A stretch of 64,000 nucleotides of DNA, taken from positions 18,053-82,052 of the forward strand of contig URWY01000002.1 of assembly GCA_900551705.1 (NCBI GenBank). Reading direction: 5' to 3'. Shown here in pieces: positions 54,470 through 64,000 of the stretch. This stretch comes from an uncultured Bacillota bacterium. GTDB taxonomy: Bacteria; Bacillota; Clostridia; Christensenellales; UBA1242. Within the stretch, counting starts at the first letter, position 1. Each line of letters opens with the position of its first letter. Both the position numbers and the translations under genes were made by a program. The notes below the pieces were generated by a model that saw nothing but the letters and a program-made list of their open reading frames with translations, had not been told where the DNA came from and ran no database searches.

Positions 54470-55636
54470 TTACTCCTCGTCTAAATTGATTTCTTCAAGG
54501 TCGTCCATGCTGTCAAAAGAGTCAAAATCTGAAAGTGAATTATCGTCTGCAATATCTGTGATTTCATATTCAACTTCTGGGCTTATTTCTTCTTTTGCAA
54601 CTTGTGATTCTGGTTTAACATCAATTTTCCAGCCTGTAAGTCTTGCTGCAAGCCTTACATTTTGACCACTCTTACCGATTGCAAGTGAAAGTTTATCGTC
54701 TGGGACAATAACTCTTGACGCTTTCAAACTGTCATTTGTTTCAACGCTAATAATTTTTGCTGGGCTTAATGCTCTTGCGATATATTCAAGTGGATCATCT
54801 GAATATAAAACTAAATCTATCTTTTCGCCGTTAAGTTCAGAAACGATTGTGTTTATTCTAACTCCACGATTTCCCACGCAAGCGCCAACAGCATCAACAT
54901 TTGGTTTATCACTAAAAACTGCAACTTTTGTTCTATTGCCAGCATCTCTTGCTATATTTTTGATGACAACTTCACCAGATGCGATTTCTGGAACTTCAAG
55001 TTCAAACAATTTTCTAACAAATCCGATATTGCTTCTTGAAACTTGAATTTGTGGTCCATGAAGGCCATCTTTAATGCGTTTAACATAAACTTTAATTCTG
55101 TCACCTTCGTGGAATTTTTCACCTGGAATTTGGTCTGTTTCAAGCATAACGCCTTCTGAATGAGAACCTGCAATTTGAACATAAATAACGCCGTTGTCTA
55201 TTCTTTTTACAACTGTTGTTAAAAGTTCGTCTTCCTTTTCAGAAAGTTCGCTTGTTGCAATTTGTCTTTCCATTTCTTTTAATTTTTGCATAACAACTTG
55301 TTTTGCTGTTTGTGCTGCAATTCTTCCGAAATCTTTTGGACTTTCTTCTTCAACAACATTGTCGCCAATATTGTATGATTTTTTAATTTTTCTAGCGTCT
55401 TCAAGTGAAATTTCCTTGTCTGGGTCTTCAACTTCTTCAACGATTGTTTTATAAGAATACACTTTGATTGTATTCTTTTCTGGAACTAATTTCACAAGAG
55501 CGTGTTTTGCTTCGCCGCAAGATTTTTTATACGCTGATGTCAATGCTGCTTCCAACGCTTCAATGAAACTTTCCTTGTTTATTTTCTTTTGCATTTCTAA
55601 TTCGTCAAGTGCTAAAAAGAAGTCTTTATTTATCAT
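54470..55636 (-). CDS. nusA: Transcription termination/antitermination factor NusA
   Basis: DFFLALDELEMQKKINKE.., S1 and KH regions (GACVGNRGVRI; AIGKSGQNVRLAARLTGWKIDV). Confidence 0.95.
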   Translation of the reverse strand: MINKDFFLALDELEMQKKINKESFIEALEAALTSAYKKSCGEAKHALVKLVPEKNTIKVYSYKTIVEEVEDPDKEISLEDARKIKKSYNIGDNVVEEESPKDFGRIAAQTAKQVVMQKLKEMERQIATSELSEKEDELLTTVVKRIDNGVIYVQIAGSHSEGVMLETDQIPGEKFHEGDRIKVYVKRIKDGLHGPQIQVSRSNIGFVRKLFELEVPEIASGEVVIKNIARDAGNRTKVAVFSDKPNVDAVGACVGNRGVRINTIVSELNGEKIDLVLYSDDPLEYIARALSPAKIISVETNDSLKASRVIVPDDKLSLAIGKSGQNVRLAARLTGWKIDVKPESQVAKEEISPEVEYEITDIADDNSLSDFDSFDSMDDLEEINLDEE

Positions 55637-55698
55637 GTTTTTCTCCTATAATTTTGTTTTTTATATATATTTTAATTACTTTTTCAAGTAAGAAAAAT

Positions 55699-56160
55699 CT
55701 AGAAATCTAAATGAAGCGCAACATTGCCAACCATTTTTCTTGGAAGTGATACCTCAACTTCATTTTCCTTTATCACTATATTTTCCTCGTCAAAGCCTTT
55801 TAATAAGCCAGTGAAAGATTTTTTCTTGTTGATTGGTGCATACAACTTTACATCAACAAGCCTGCCGATATTTCTTTTCAAGTCTTTATCTGTTTTGATA
55901 GGTCTATCAAGCCCACAAGATGACACTGAAAGTATATATGGAACATCGTCTGTTGGATTAAGTTCGTCCAAAGGTTCGTCTATCAATTTGTGAACTTTTT
56001 CGCAATCGTCTATTGTTATTCCATTTGGACTGTCGATATAAAAGCACAAATTCATACCATCAACTTTTTTTGCATATTCAACTTCAACAACTTCGTAACC
56101 AAGATTTTCAATTATTGGATTGATATGTTCGCTGACCACTTCAACAATTTTTCCAGCCAT
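55699..56160 (-). CDS. rimP: Ribosome maturation factor RimP
   Basis: LGYEVVEVEYAKK..ITIDDCEKVHKLIDEPLDE..YILSVSSCGLDRPIKT. Confidence 0.9.
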   Translation of the reverse strand: MAGKIVEVVSEHINPIIENLGYEVVEVEYAKKVDGMNLCFYIDSPNGITIDDCEKVHKLIDEPLDELNPTDDVPYILSVSSCGLDRPIKTDKDLKRNIGRLVDVKLYAPINKKKSFTGLLKGFDEENIVIKENEVEVSLPRKMVGNVALHLDF

Positions 56161-56291
56161 TAAAACTCCTTTAACTAATAAGAGCGAGCCTCTCGGCTCA
56201 CTCCCTAAATTTCTAGTAACAAGATTATTCTATTACATACAAACCGCTATGTCAAGCATTTTTTTCAAATTTTAAAATAAAAAAGTGAAGA

Positions 56292-56489
56292 TTACTCTTC
56301 ACTTGCTACGATTGTGCCATTAAAAATTTCTTCTGCTGCCATAGTAATAGCTTTTTTATCGCTTTTTTCAATTTCTTCTGGAATTCTTTTTTCCAATTCT
56401 TTTGCACGCTTTGCAATTACTGTGCAAAGTTTGTATTTATTGCCATCTGTTTTTGCTGCAAGTTCGTCAATTGGCGGTTGATTCATCAT
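56292..56489 (-). CDS. rpoZ: DNA-directed RNA polymerase subunit omega
   Basis: PPIDELAAKTDGNKYKLCTVIAKRAKEL. Confidence 0.8.
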   Translation of the reverse strand: MMNQPPIDELAAKTDGNKYKLCTVIAKRAKELEKRIPEEIEKSDKKAITMAAEEIFNGTIVASEE

Positions 56490-56546
56490 AATTATTCACC
56501 TCATTTATTAAATTCTTTGCGATTATATCACACTTTTTTAAATTTG

Positions 56547-57587
56547 TTAACTATTTTTTAACAATTTATTTCTAAGTTGTCCGCAAGCACCTTCAATATC
56601 TGCTCCTAAACTGCGTCTAATGCTTGCTGATGCACCATATTCTTCCAATTTATCTTTAAATGCATAAATTTGTTTTTTGTTTGTTGCTATCAAATTTTTC
56701 TCTTTAACGCTATTCAAAGGAATTAAATTGATGTGAGTTGGATAGCCACTTACAAGTTTTGCAAGTTGTTTTGCGTGCTCAAAACTATCATTCACGCCGC
56801 TAATCATAGCGTATTCAAACACAACTCTCCTGCCAGTTTTCTTGAAATAATATTTTGTTGCATCAATTAGCGATTTTAAATCGTAAGCATTTGCAATTTT
56901 CATAATTTGCTTTCGTGTTTCATCATTCGGAGCATGAAGAGAAATTGTGAGAGTTATTGAAAATCCATCATCTGCAAGTTGTTTAATTTTTGGCACAAGA
57001 CCGCAAGTTGAAAGTGAAATATTCCTTTGACTTATGCCAAGTGTGTCTGGACTTGTAACTTTTTTTAAAAAGTCTGTAACATTTTCATAATTATCAAGTG
57101 GCTCGCCACTGCCCATCAACACAATATTTGTGATTACTCTTTCTGTTGCACCGCCACTTATATCACGATTTACAGCCAAAATTTCGCCCAAAATTTCACC
57201 GCTAGACAAATTTCTAATAAGTCCGTTTAACCCAGAAGCACAAAATGCACAACCCATTCTGCAACCAACTTGAGTTGACAAACAAATTGTTCTGCCATAT
57301 TTATAACTTAAAACCACACATTCAATAATTTCATCATCTTGAAGTTTAAGAGCATATTTCAAAGTGCCGTCCTTACTTTCAAATTTTTTATAAATTGAAA
57401 CAGGGTTTGCAACATAATCTTCTTTTAACTTTTCACGAAGTTGTTTTGAAATATTTGTAATTTCATCAATTTGTAATCCAGAAAAAACAGCAGAATAAAT
57501 TTGACCAGCTCTATATTTGGGCTGACCTAACTTTTCCACAAGTTTGTCAAAATCTTCTTTTTGTAAATCTAACAAACATTTTTTCAA
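56547..57587 (-). CDS. rlmN: 23S rRNA/tRNA m2A methyltransferase RlmN (radical SAM)
   Basis: QPKYRAGQIYSAVF, radical SAM cluster CRMGCAFCASG, and GSGEPLDN. Confidence 0.9.
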   Translation of the reverse strand: MKKCLLDLQKEDFDKLVEKLGQPKYRAGQIYSAVFSGLQIDEITNISKQLREKLKEDYVANPVSIYKKFESKDGTLKYALKLQDDEIIECVVLSYKYGRTICLSTQVGCRMGCAFCASGLNGLIRNLSSGEILGEILAVNRDISGGATERVITNIVLMGSGEPLDNYENVTDFLKKVTSPDTLGISQRNISLSTCGLVPKIKQLADDGFSITLTISLHAPNDETRKQIMKIANAYDLKSLIDATKYYFKKTGRRVVFEYAMISGVNDSFEHAKQLAKLVSGYPTHINLIPLNSVKEKNLIATNKKQIYAFKDKLEEYGASASIRRSLGADIEGACGQLRNKLLKNS

Positions 57588-58552
57588 TATAACATTTCTC
57601 CCACATTAAAACTTTTTCCGTTTAAGTAACTTTTGATATCCATTTTTTTACCATTTGGTGCTTGAATAACTGTTGGCATAAAAAATCCATTTTTTGCTTT
57701 AATCACAAGTCCAAAAGGTTTGCATGACGAATAAACTATTTCCCCATTTTTAAATTCATTATTTTTCAAAAATGAACATATTTTCATATATTCTTTACTA
57801 TTATGCCAAGCATATTTCCCTTCAAACACTTTATATTTTTCATTATGATAATGAAAATATGCAACTGGACTTGGATTGTATGCTCTAGTAATATTAACTA
57901 ATTTGTTACAACTTAAATTAAAATCTAATTTTGCATCTTCTTTCATTATTTTTGAACAAAAAGTTACTTTTTCTTCGTTCTGTTCAGTTAAAACTGCTTT
58001 ACCACTGACAATTTTTTCTATCGTTTCAAGAAGTAGTTGACTTCCTAAATTAAATAACCTTTCGGTCAATTCTCCTGCTGTTTCATTTTCGTTAATTTTC
58101 ACTTTCTCAATAACATAAGTAGCACCTGCATCCATTTGTAACACCATTTTCATAATTGCAACACCAGTTTCTTTATCGCCATTTAAAATTGCTGACATAA
58201 TCGGCGATGCTCCTCTATATTTTGGAAGCAAAGAAGGGTGAATATTAAGGGTTTCGTATTTTGGAATATCTATAATTTCTTGACTGATAAGTTGACCATA
58301 AGCAGCAGAAATCAAAAAATCTGGTTTAAAATTAACTAAATCTTGCACACCTTCTTTTCTAATATTATCATATTGCAAAACAAGAATGTTTTTAGAATAT
58401 GCAAATTTTTTAACTTCGCATATTTCAATTTTATTATTTCTGCCATTTGGTTTATCAGGTTGACAAACAACAGCAACCACTTCGTGTTTGCTGTTACATA
58501 AACTTTTTAAAACTGAAATTGCTGTGTCGCTCCCCAAAAAAACAATTCTCAT
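57584..58552 (-). CDS. fmt: Methionyl-tRNA formyltransferase
   Basis: MRIVFLGSDT..VVCQPDKP..NIHPSLLPKYRGASPI. Confidence 0.9.
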   Translation of the reverse strand: MRIVFLGSDTAISVLKSLCNSKHEVVAVVCQPDKPNGRNNKIEICEVKKFAYSKNILVLQYDNIRKEGVQDLVNFKPDFLISAAYGQLISQEIIDIPKYETLNIHPSLLPKYRGASPIMSAILNGDKETGVAIMKMVLQMDAGATYVIEKVKINENETAGELTERLFNLGSQLLLETIEKIVSGKAVLTEQNEEKVTFCSKIMKEDAKLDFNLSCNKLVNITRAYNPSPVAYFHYHNEKYKVFEGKYAWHNSKEYMKICSFLKNNEFKNGEIVYSSCKPFGLVIKAKNGFFMPTVIQAPNGKKMDIKSYLNGKSFNVGEMLY

Positions 58553-59013
58553 TAATTCTTTCCTTCTTTATATCCTTTTTCAACTTTATCTATAAAAAGT
58601 ATTCCGTCAAGGTGATCAATTTCATGACAAAGCACGCGCGCCAAATATTTTTCGCCAGTGATTGTAAAATCATATCCCAACCTATCTTGCGCCTTAACTG
58701 TCACTTGCATTGGGCGTTTAACATATTCATAATTTGTTCCAACAGATAAGCAACCTTCTTTTTCAATATCACTGCCACGCTCTGAAATTATTTCTGGGTT
58801 TACAAGTTCCATAAACATATTATTTGCTTCAATAATGATAACTCTTTTCAAAACACCAACTTGAACGGCTGCCAAACCCATGCCGTTGTTTTTATACATC
58901 GTTTCTTTCATATCATCTAAAAGTTCCCATAAATTTTCATCAAAATCATGAACAGGTTTGCTTTTTTTTCTTAAAAGGTCATCTCCAACTTTTACAATAT
59001 TTCTAATAGCCAT
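58552..59013 (-). CDS. def: Peptide deformylase
   Basis: GLAAVQVG, EGCLSV and HEIDHLDG. Confidence 0.95.
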   Translation of the reverse strand: MAIRNIVKVGDDLLRKKSKPVHDFDENLWELLDDMKETMYKNNGMGLAAVQVGVLKRVIIIEANNMFMELVNPEIISERGSDIEKEGCLSVGTNYEYVKRPMQVTVKAQDRLGYDFTITGEKYLARVLCHEIDHLDGILFIDKVEKGYKEGKN

Positions 59014-59076
59014 AATATCTCCTAAGTATTTATTACTTATTTTTAATATACAATTAAATCAATAAAAAATCAATAT

Positions 59077-61272
59077 TTATGATAAATTTTGAGGGTTTAT
59101 TTCAACAAAAAGTGAAATTTTTGAGTCTTTTTCGTTGTCACAAAGTGAATAAACTTGTTTTCTTATCTTTTCCCAATTTACAACACGCATCAAAACTTGA
59201 AATCTAAATTTGTTTTTAACTCTGCCAACTGGCGATTTCATTGCGTCAAGATAAACAAAATTTTCTTTTTCTTGTTCTTTAATTTCTCTAACTTTTTGAA
59301 TTATATTTTTTGTTTTTTCATAAGCAACTTCTTCGCTATCTGCACTTATTAGCAAACGAACAATCGTTGAATATGGAGGAAAGCCTGTCGCTTTTCTCAA
59401 ATTAATTTCTTTATCAAAAAATCCTTTGTAATTATATAATTTTGCAAATTTATAAACATAATGCTTTGGATTATATGTTTGCAAAATTACTTTCCCAAGT
59501 TTATCACTTCGTCCTGCTCTGCCACTTACTTGCGTGATAAGTGCAAAAGTTCTTTCCGCACTTTTATAGTGACTTTGATACAAACTTTGGTCAGCGTCAA
59601 CAATTCCCACAAGAGTTACATTTGGAATATCGTGACCTTTTGCAATCATTTGTGTGCCAACCAAAATTGATGGCTTATGATTTCTAAATTCGGACAATAT
59701 TTTTTCGTGTCCATTTTTGTTTCGCGTTGTATCGTTGTCCATTCTAAAAATTGGAATATCTGGAAAATATTTTTTCAACTCCAAAACAACTTGCTCTGTT
59801 CCGATTGCCCCTTGTTTGATTGCTTTGCTGCCACATTCTGGACAAACATCTAGCACATGAAAACGCTTGCCACAATAATGACATTTTAATTTATTTTCTG
59901 CTTTGTGATAAACGAGCGAAACATCGCAGTCCGAACATTTTGCAACATAGCCACATTCTCTGCACATCATAAACGAAGAATAACCGCGGCGATTAATAAA
60001 AATCATTGCTTGATTTTTTTCACTCATACATTCTTCCAAATTTGCCAAAAGCGAACGAGAAAATATGCCTGTATTTCCGCATCTGATTTCTCCCAGCATA
60101 TCCACAATTTGAATTTCTGGCATATCTTTACCATTTGCCCTAACTGGCAATTCAAAAAGTTTGTATTCGCCGTCAATAACCTTGCTATAACTTTCAAGCG
60201 ATGGCGTTGCACTTCCAAGCACAAGTGGACAACCATTTTGCTTGGACCTAAATTTTGCAATTTCTATTGTGTTATATCTCGGATTGCTTTCACTCAAGTA
60301 AGAGCCGTCATGTTCTTCGTCAATTATAATAATTCCAACATTTGTTAGCGGTGCAAAAATGCAAGAACGCGCCCCAACGGCAATTTTAGCATTGCCTGAA
60401 AGCAACCTTCGCCACTCATCAAAGCGCTCACCAGCAGATAAACCGCTATGCAAAATTGCAACATTTTCACCAAATCTTTCTGTGAAATGTTGAAGCACTT
60501 GCGGAGTTAAAGAAATTTCTGGCACAAGCATAATCGCCGTTTTGTTTTCTTTTAAAATTCTTTCAATAAGGTGCATATACACTTCGGTTTTACCGCTTCC
60601 AGTTACACCATGAAGAAGATATGTGCCCACAGAAGTTATGCCGTCAACTGCTTTTTGCTGATAATTGTTTAATGTAATTTTTGCATTTTCAATTTGTAAA
60701 TTAGATTTTGGTGTCCTGTATTTCTCTTGCGGAATTTTTTTAATAACACCCAAATTTACAAGAGTTTTTATAGCGCTGTCAGAAAAATTTTTAACCTGCT
60801 CGGCTTCAATAATTTCGTTATTTTTCAAAAAATCAATGATTTCTTGCTGTTTTTTTGCATTTTTTTTGCAAATATATGAATTTAAATCGAAATTTTCAAC
60901 TTTTTGATAAGCATTTACATAAAGTGGTTTTATTTTTTCACCACGCATTTCTGATGGAATAAAAAGCCTTAAAACATCAACTTTTTTAAGATTGTATTCT
61001 TCCACCATGAATTGCATGAGATTTAACATCTCTGGCAAAATAACTGGATTTTCATCTAAAAACTTTATTATTTCTTTTAATTTTGAACTATCTAAATTTG
61101 AACTTTCTTTTATGTTAATTATGTAGCCTTCAATTTTACGATTTCCAAAAGGAACTAAAACACGCCTTCCAACAAGCACGGAAAAACTTTCCAACGCAAA
61201 ATTTGGAATTAAATAGTCAAACACTTTGTCTACATTACTACTTGTTATTTCAACAATAACTTCTGCTATCAT
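59077..61272 (-). CDS. priA: Primosomal replication restart helicase PriA
   Basis: GVTGSGKTEVY, IIIDEEHD, and Cys-rich zinc fingers CRECGYVAKCSDCDVSL..CHYCG..CPECG. Confidence 0.95.
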   Translation of the reverse strand: MIAEVIVEITSSNVDKVFDYLIPNFALESFSVLVGRRVLVPFGNRKIEGYIINIKESSNLDSSKLKEIIKFLDENPVILPEMLNLMQFMVEEYNLKKVDVLRLFIPSEMRGEKIKPLYVNAYQKVENFDLNSYICKKNAKKQQEIIDFLKNNEIIEAEQVKNFSDSAIKTLVNLGVIKKIPQEKYRTPKSNLQIENAKITLNNYQQKAVDGITSVGTYLLHGVTGSGKTEVYMHLIERILKENKTAIMLVPEISLTPQVLQHFTERFGENVAILHSGLSAGERFDEWRRLLSGNAKIAVGARSCIFAPLTNVGIIIIDEEHDGSYLSESNPRYNTIEIAKFRSKQNGCPLVLGSATPSLESYSKVIDGEYKLFELPVRANGKDMPEIQIVDMLGEIRCGNTGIFSRSLLANLEECMSEKNQAMIFINRRGYSSFMMCRECGYVAKCSDCDVSLVYHKAENKLKCHYCGKRFHVLDVCPECGSKAIKQGAIGTEQVVLELKKYFPDIPIFRMDNDTTRNKNGHEKILSEFRNHKPSILVGTQMIAKGHDIPNVTLVGIVDADQSLYQSHYKSAERTFALITQVSGRAGRSDKLGKVILQTYNPKHYVYKFAKLYNYKGFFDKEINLRKATGFPPYSTIVRLLISADSEEVAYEKTKNIIQKVREIKEQEKENFVYLDAMKSPVGRVKNKFRFQVLMRVVNWEKIRKQVYSLCDNEKDSKISLFVEINPQNLS

Positions 61273-61313
61273 GCAAGTATTATATCAGCAACTTTCAACA
61301 AAATCAAACTAAA

Positions 61314-62414
61314 TTAAATTTTAAGCGGAATAATTTTTTCCCATGGAAATTCACTTCTTCCAAAATGTCCATAACAAGCAGTTGGTTTGTAAATTGGTCT
61401 AAGCAAATCTAATTCATCAATTGTATTTTGGGGTGAAAAATCAAAATTATTTTCAACAATTTTATATATTTTTTCTTCTGATATTTTGTTTGTTCCAAAA
61501 GTGTCTATATAAAGCGACAAAGGTTTTGAAAGTCCAATAGCATACGAAACGCCAATCTCACATTTATCGCATAAGCCCGCTGCCACCAAATTTTTTGCAA
61601 CATACCTGGAATAATATGCCGCACTTCTGTCAACTTTTGTTGCATTTTTACTGCTAAAACAACCGCCGCCAACTTTTGCCATGCCGCCGTAAGTGTCAAC
61701 TATGATTTTCCTTCCCACGCAGCCGCTGTCACCATAAGCGCCCCAAATTGTAAACTTGCCGCTCGGATTGATTATGTATTTTATATCATTCTTGTTATAT
61801 TTTTCGTATTCTTTCAAAACAACATCAATAACATTTGTTTTAATGTCATTAACAATTTGCTCTTGACTTAACTTCTCTGAGTGCGAAACGCTCATCAAAA
61901 TCGTATCTATCCTTTCAGGCTTATCGCCGTCATATTCAATAGTCACCTGACTTTTCGCATCTGCAAAATACTCATTTTTATGTTTTCGTCTAAATTCTTC
62001 ATACACTTTCATTAACTTATGAGCAATCATAATTGTGAGAGGCATATATTCTTCTGTTTCATTTGTTGCATAACCAAAAATAATACCTTGGTCGTTTGCT
62101 TGCAAAGTTTTCTTAACCACCGCTTGATTTATATCTGGGCTTTGTTTCGTCAACTCTTTAATAATTTCAAATTTGTTTGAATCATAACCCACTTCATCTA
62201 AAACTTCTTTTGCAATCTTGTCATAATCAATATTCGCTTTTGTTGTTGCTTCACCATACACAAAAAGTTTGTTTGATTTAATTGCACATTCCACTGCCAT
62301 TTGGCTAAATTTGTCTTGCCTTAATGCTTCGTCCAAAAAGGCGTCTGCGATTGTGTCGCAAGTTTTGTCTGGGTGTCCAATATTTACACTCTCAGATGTT
62401 AAAAATTTTTTCAT
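61314..62414 (-). CDS. metK: S-adenosylmethionine synthetase
   Basis: FLTSESVNIGHPDKTCD, GDSGCVGRKIIVDTYGG. Confidence 0.9.
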   Translation of the reverse strand: MKKFLTSESVNIGHPDKTCDTIADAFLDEALRQDKFSQMAVECAIKSNKLFVYGEATTKANIDYDKIAKEVLDEVGYDSNKFEIIKELTKQSPDINQAVVKKTLQANDQGIIFGYATNETEEYMPLTIMIAHKLMKVYEEFRRKHKNEYFADAKSQVTIEYDGDKPERIDTILMSVSHSEKLSQEQIVNDIKTNVIDVVLKEYEKYNKNDIKYIINPSGKFTIWGAYGDSGCVGRKIIVDTYGGMAKVGGGCFSSKNATKVDRSAAYYSRYVAKNLVAAGLCDKCEIGVSYAIGLSKPLSLYIDTFGTNKISEEKIYKIVENNFDFSPQNTIDELDLLRPIYKPTACYGHFGRSEFPWEKIIPLKI

Positions 62415-62454
62415 TTCCTTTCCCTTCTTTTGTTAAACTCATTTAGATTTGCAA

Positions 62455-62576
62455 TAAAAAATCCGCCATGATGGCGGATAAAATTTTATTATGCCATCAA
62501 TCAAGCATTAGCACCTTACCTTGCGGCAGGTTGCTGTGCGGTCATCAGGCTTGCCCCTCGCGCACTCTAAATGGTA
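62455..62576 (-). promoter_or_regulatory. SAM-I (S-box) riboswitch with an intrinsic terminator, in the leader of metK
   Basis: The minus strand reads ..UUAGAGUGCGCGAGGGGCAAGCCUGAUGACCGCACAGCAACCUGCCGCAAGGUAAGGUGCUAAUGC.., which holds the conserved GAGGG, GAUGA, AGCAACC and GGUGCUAA blocks. It is followed by AUCCGCCAUCAUGGCGGAU and U5. Confidence 0.85.
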
Positions 62577-62581
62577 ATTTT

Positions 62582-62610
62582 ATTGTAACGCAATGAACCT
62601 ATTTTGTCAA
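62582..62610 (-). promoter_or_regulatory. Sigma-A-type promoter of the metK leader (TTGACA-17-TACAAT)
   Basis: Minus-strand TTGACA at 62610-62605 and TACAAT at 62587-62582. The predicted TSS coincides with the 5' end of the riboswitch. Confidence 0.65.
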
Positions 62611-62682
62611 CAATTTTTATAATTTTTAAAAAAAGACTTTTTTTTTAATTCCGCATGTTGTATAATTCTTTCGGAGATTAAT

Positions 62683-63675
62683 ATGAAAGAAAGAATTTTA
62701 ACAGGCATTAAACCAACAGGTATTCCACATCTTGGAAACTATTTTGGAGCAATCAAGCCAGCGATTGAATTAAGTGAAAATCCAGATTATGATTGTTTGT
62801 ATTTTATCGCAGACTATCACGCACTTAACATTATTAAAAATAAAGACGACTTCAAAAAATACACTTATATAATTGCAGCAACATGGCTCGCTTGTGGCTT
62901 AAATCCTGAAAAAGTTATGTTTTATAAACAATCAGACTTACCAGAAGTTTTTGAACTTAACTGGATTATCTCCAATGTAACAGCAAAAGGTCTTTTAAAT
63001 CGTGCACACGCATATAAAGCCTGCGTTGAAAAAAACTTAGAATGTGGAAACGACCCTGATTTTGGCGTAAACATGGGCCTTTATAACTACCCTGTTTTAA
63101 TGGCAGCCGACATTTTGATTATGAACTCAAACAGAGTTCCAATCGGACAAGATCAAAAACAACATTTGGAAATTGCAAGAGATATTGCCACAGCGTTCAA
63201 CAGCACCTATGGTAATTGTTTTACTTTGCCACAAGACTATATTTCTGAAACGCTTGGGACATTGCCAGGTCTTGACGGCAGAAAGATGAGCAAAAGTTAC
63301 GGAAACACAATTACCCTTTTTGATGACGAAAATGTTTTGAAAAAACAAATCAACAAAATTGTAACAGACAGTAGAATGCCAGGCGAACCAAAAGACACAA
63401 ATTGCACACTTTTCCAAATTTATTCACTCTTTGCAAATGAAGAACAAAAGAAAGAAATGCAAGAAAAATTTGAAAACGGAATTGGTTGGGGCGAAGCAAA
63501 AAAACAAACTTTTGAACTTATTAATAGTTACCTTTCACCTATGCGCGAAAAATTTAATTATTATATGTCCAACACAAAACTTATTGATGAAATCTTGGAA
63601 AATGGCGCACAAAGAGCAAGGCTTATCGCAACTCGCACTCTAGAAAAAGTTAGAAAACTTATCGGCAAAATTTAA
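62683..63675 (+). CDS. trpS: Tryptophan--tRNA ligase
   Basis: GIKPTGIPHLGNYFGA (HIGH-type) and KMSKS. GGAG RBS. Confidence 0.95.
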   Translation: MKERILTGIKPTGIPHLGNYFGAIKPAIELSENPDYDCLYFIADYHALNIIKNKDDFKKYTYIIAATWLACGLNPEKVMFYKQSDLPEVFELNWIISNVTAKGLLNRAHAYKACVEKNLECGNDPDFGVNMGLYNYPVLMAADILIMNSNRVPIGQDQKQHLEIARDIATAFNSTYGNCFTLPQDYISETLGTLPGLDGRKMSKSYGNTITLFDDENVLKKQINKIVTDSRMPGEPKDTNCTLFQIYSLFANEEQKKEMQEKFENGIGWGEAKKQTFELINSYLSPMREKFNYYMSNTKLIDEILENGAQRARLIATRTLEKVRKLIGKI

Positions 63676-63700
63676 AGCAACTTTTTTAAGTTGCTTTTTT
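63675..63700 (+). terminator. Terminator after trpS
   Basis: GCAACTT-TTTT-AAGTTGC followed by T6. Confidence 0.7.
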
Positions 63701-63718
63701 GTAAAATAGAAGGAATTT

Positions 63719-64000
63719 ATGGAAAATTTAACAGAAAGCGGATACAGCATTAATTTCCCGCTCGAACTTAAAAATTTAGTTGAAAGTTCAATAGAAATTG
63801 CTAACTCAAATCGCGAATATCTTTATAATCTTTTTGAAATAAAAGAATTTGATACCATACTCGCAAGTTATTTTTCAAATCGTGAAGATTTTGTAAACCA
63901 TATTAAAAATCTAAGTGGCGGATTGGAGCCTCCAAAATTTGCTAGCGGTTGTTTTTATAATAATGAAATTCAAGTACTAGTTGACACAACAAACAACTTT
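63719..64000 (+). CDS. Hypothetical protein, 5' part only (runs off the window)
   Basis: My translation from ATG 63719, after AAGGAA, gives MENLTESGYSINFPLELKNLVESS..., which stays open to the window end. It is not in the ORF track. Confidence 0.4.
   Translation, partial: MENLTESGYSINFPLELKNLVESSIEIANSNREYLYNLFEIKEFDTILASYFSNREDFVNHIKNLSGGLEPPKFASGCFYNNEIQVLVDTTNNF

Noticed and set aside
62611-62682. Looked for a T-box leader upstream of trpS
   Set aside because: Only about 70 nt separate the divergent metK promoter from the trpS start. There is no specifier hairpin, T-box sequence or terminator, only a TATAAT (62661-62666) and a GGAG RBS.

Overview
This is an AT-rich chromosomal segment from an endospore-forming Firmicute, probably Clostridia-like; all calls come from motif reading because no database search was possible. 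It is mostly housekeeping. It carries the sporulation sigma cluster (spoIIGA-sigE, with sigG inverted), a truncated gyrB/parE, truA-rplM-rpsI and obg. It also carries murG, a class A PBP, tsaD and prfB with its programmed +1 frameshift. A long minus-strand block follows: efp-truB-nrnA-rbfA-infB-ylxR-nusA-rimP-rpoZ-rlmN-fmt-def-priA-metK, with a SAM-I riboswitch upstream of metK, then trpS. There are five tRNA genes (Asn, Arg, Gln x2, Val). No transposase, integrase or CRISPR array was seen.

The most interesting signals:
1. A ~148-nt structured element occurs twice, each copy directly after a tRNA gene, and shows a compensatory base-pair swap.
2. Two paralogous divergent modules pair a DUF1273/YpsA-like SLOG protein with an XRE regulator. 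One module is bracketed by near-identical 22-nt hairpins.
3. An (AG)21 tract splits a putative HExxH protein into two ORFs, and a one-unit gain would fuse them.
4. A Cys-framed, beta-rich protein is a candidate spore-surface protein.
5. An alpha-oxoamine synthase looks like serine palmitoyltransferase.
6. A BspA-type LRR surface protein is built from near-identical 69-nt repeats.
7. Two genes appear to be leaderless.
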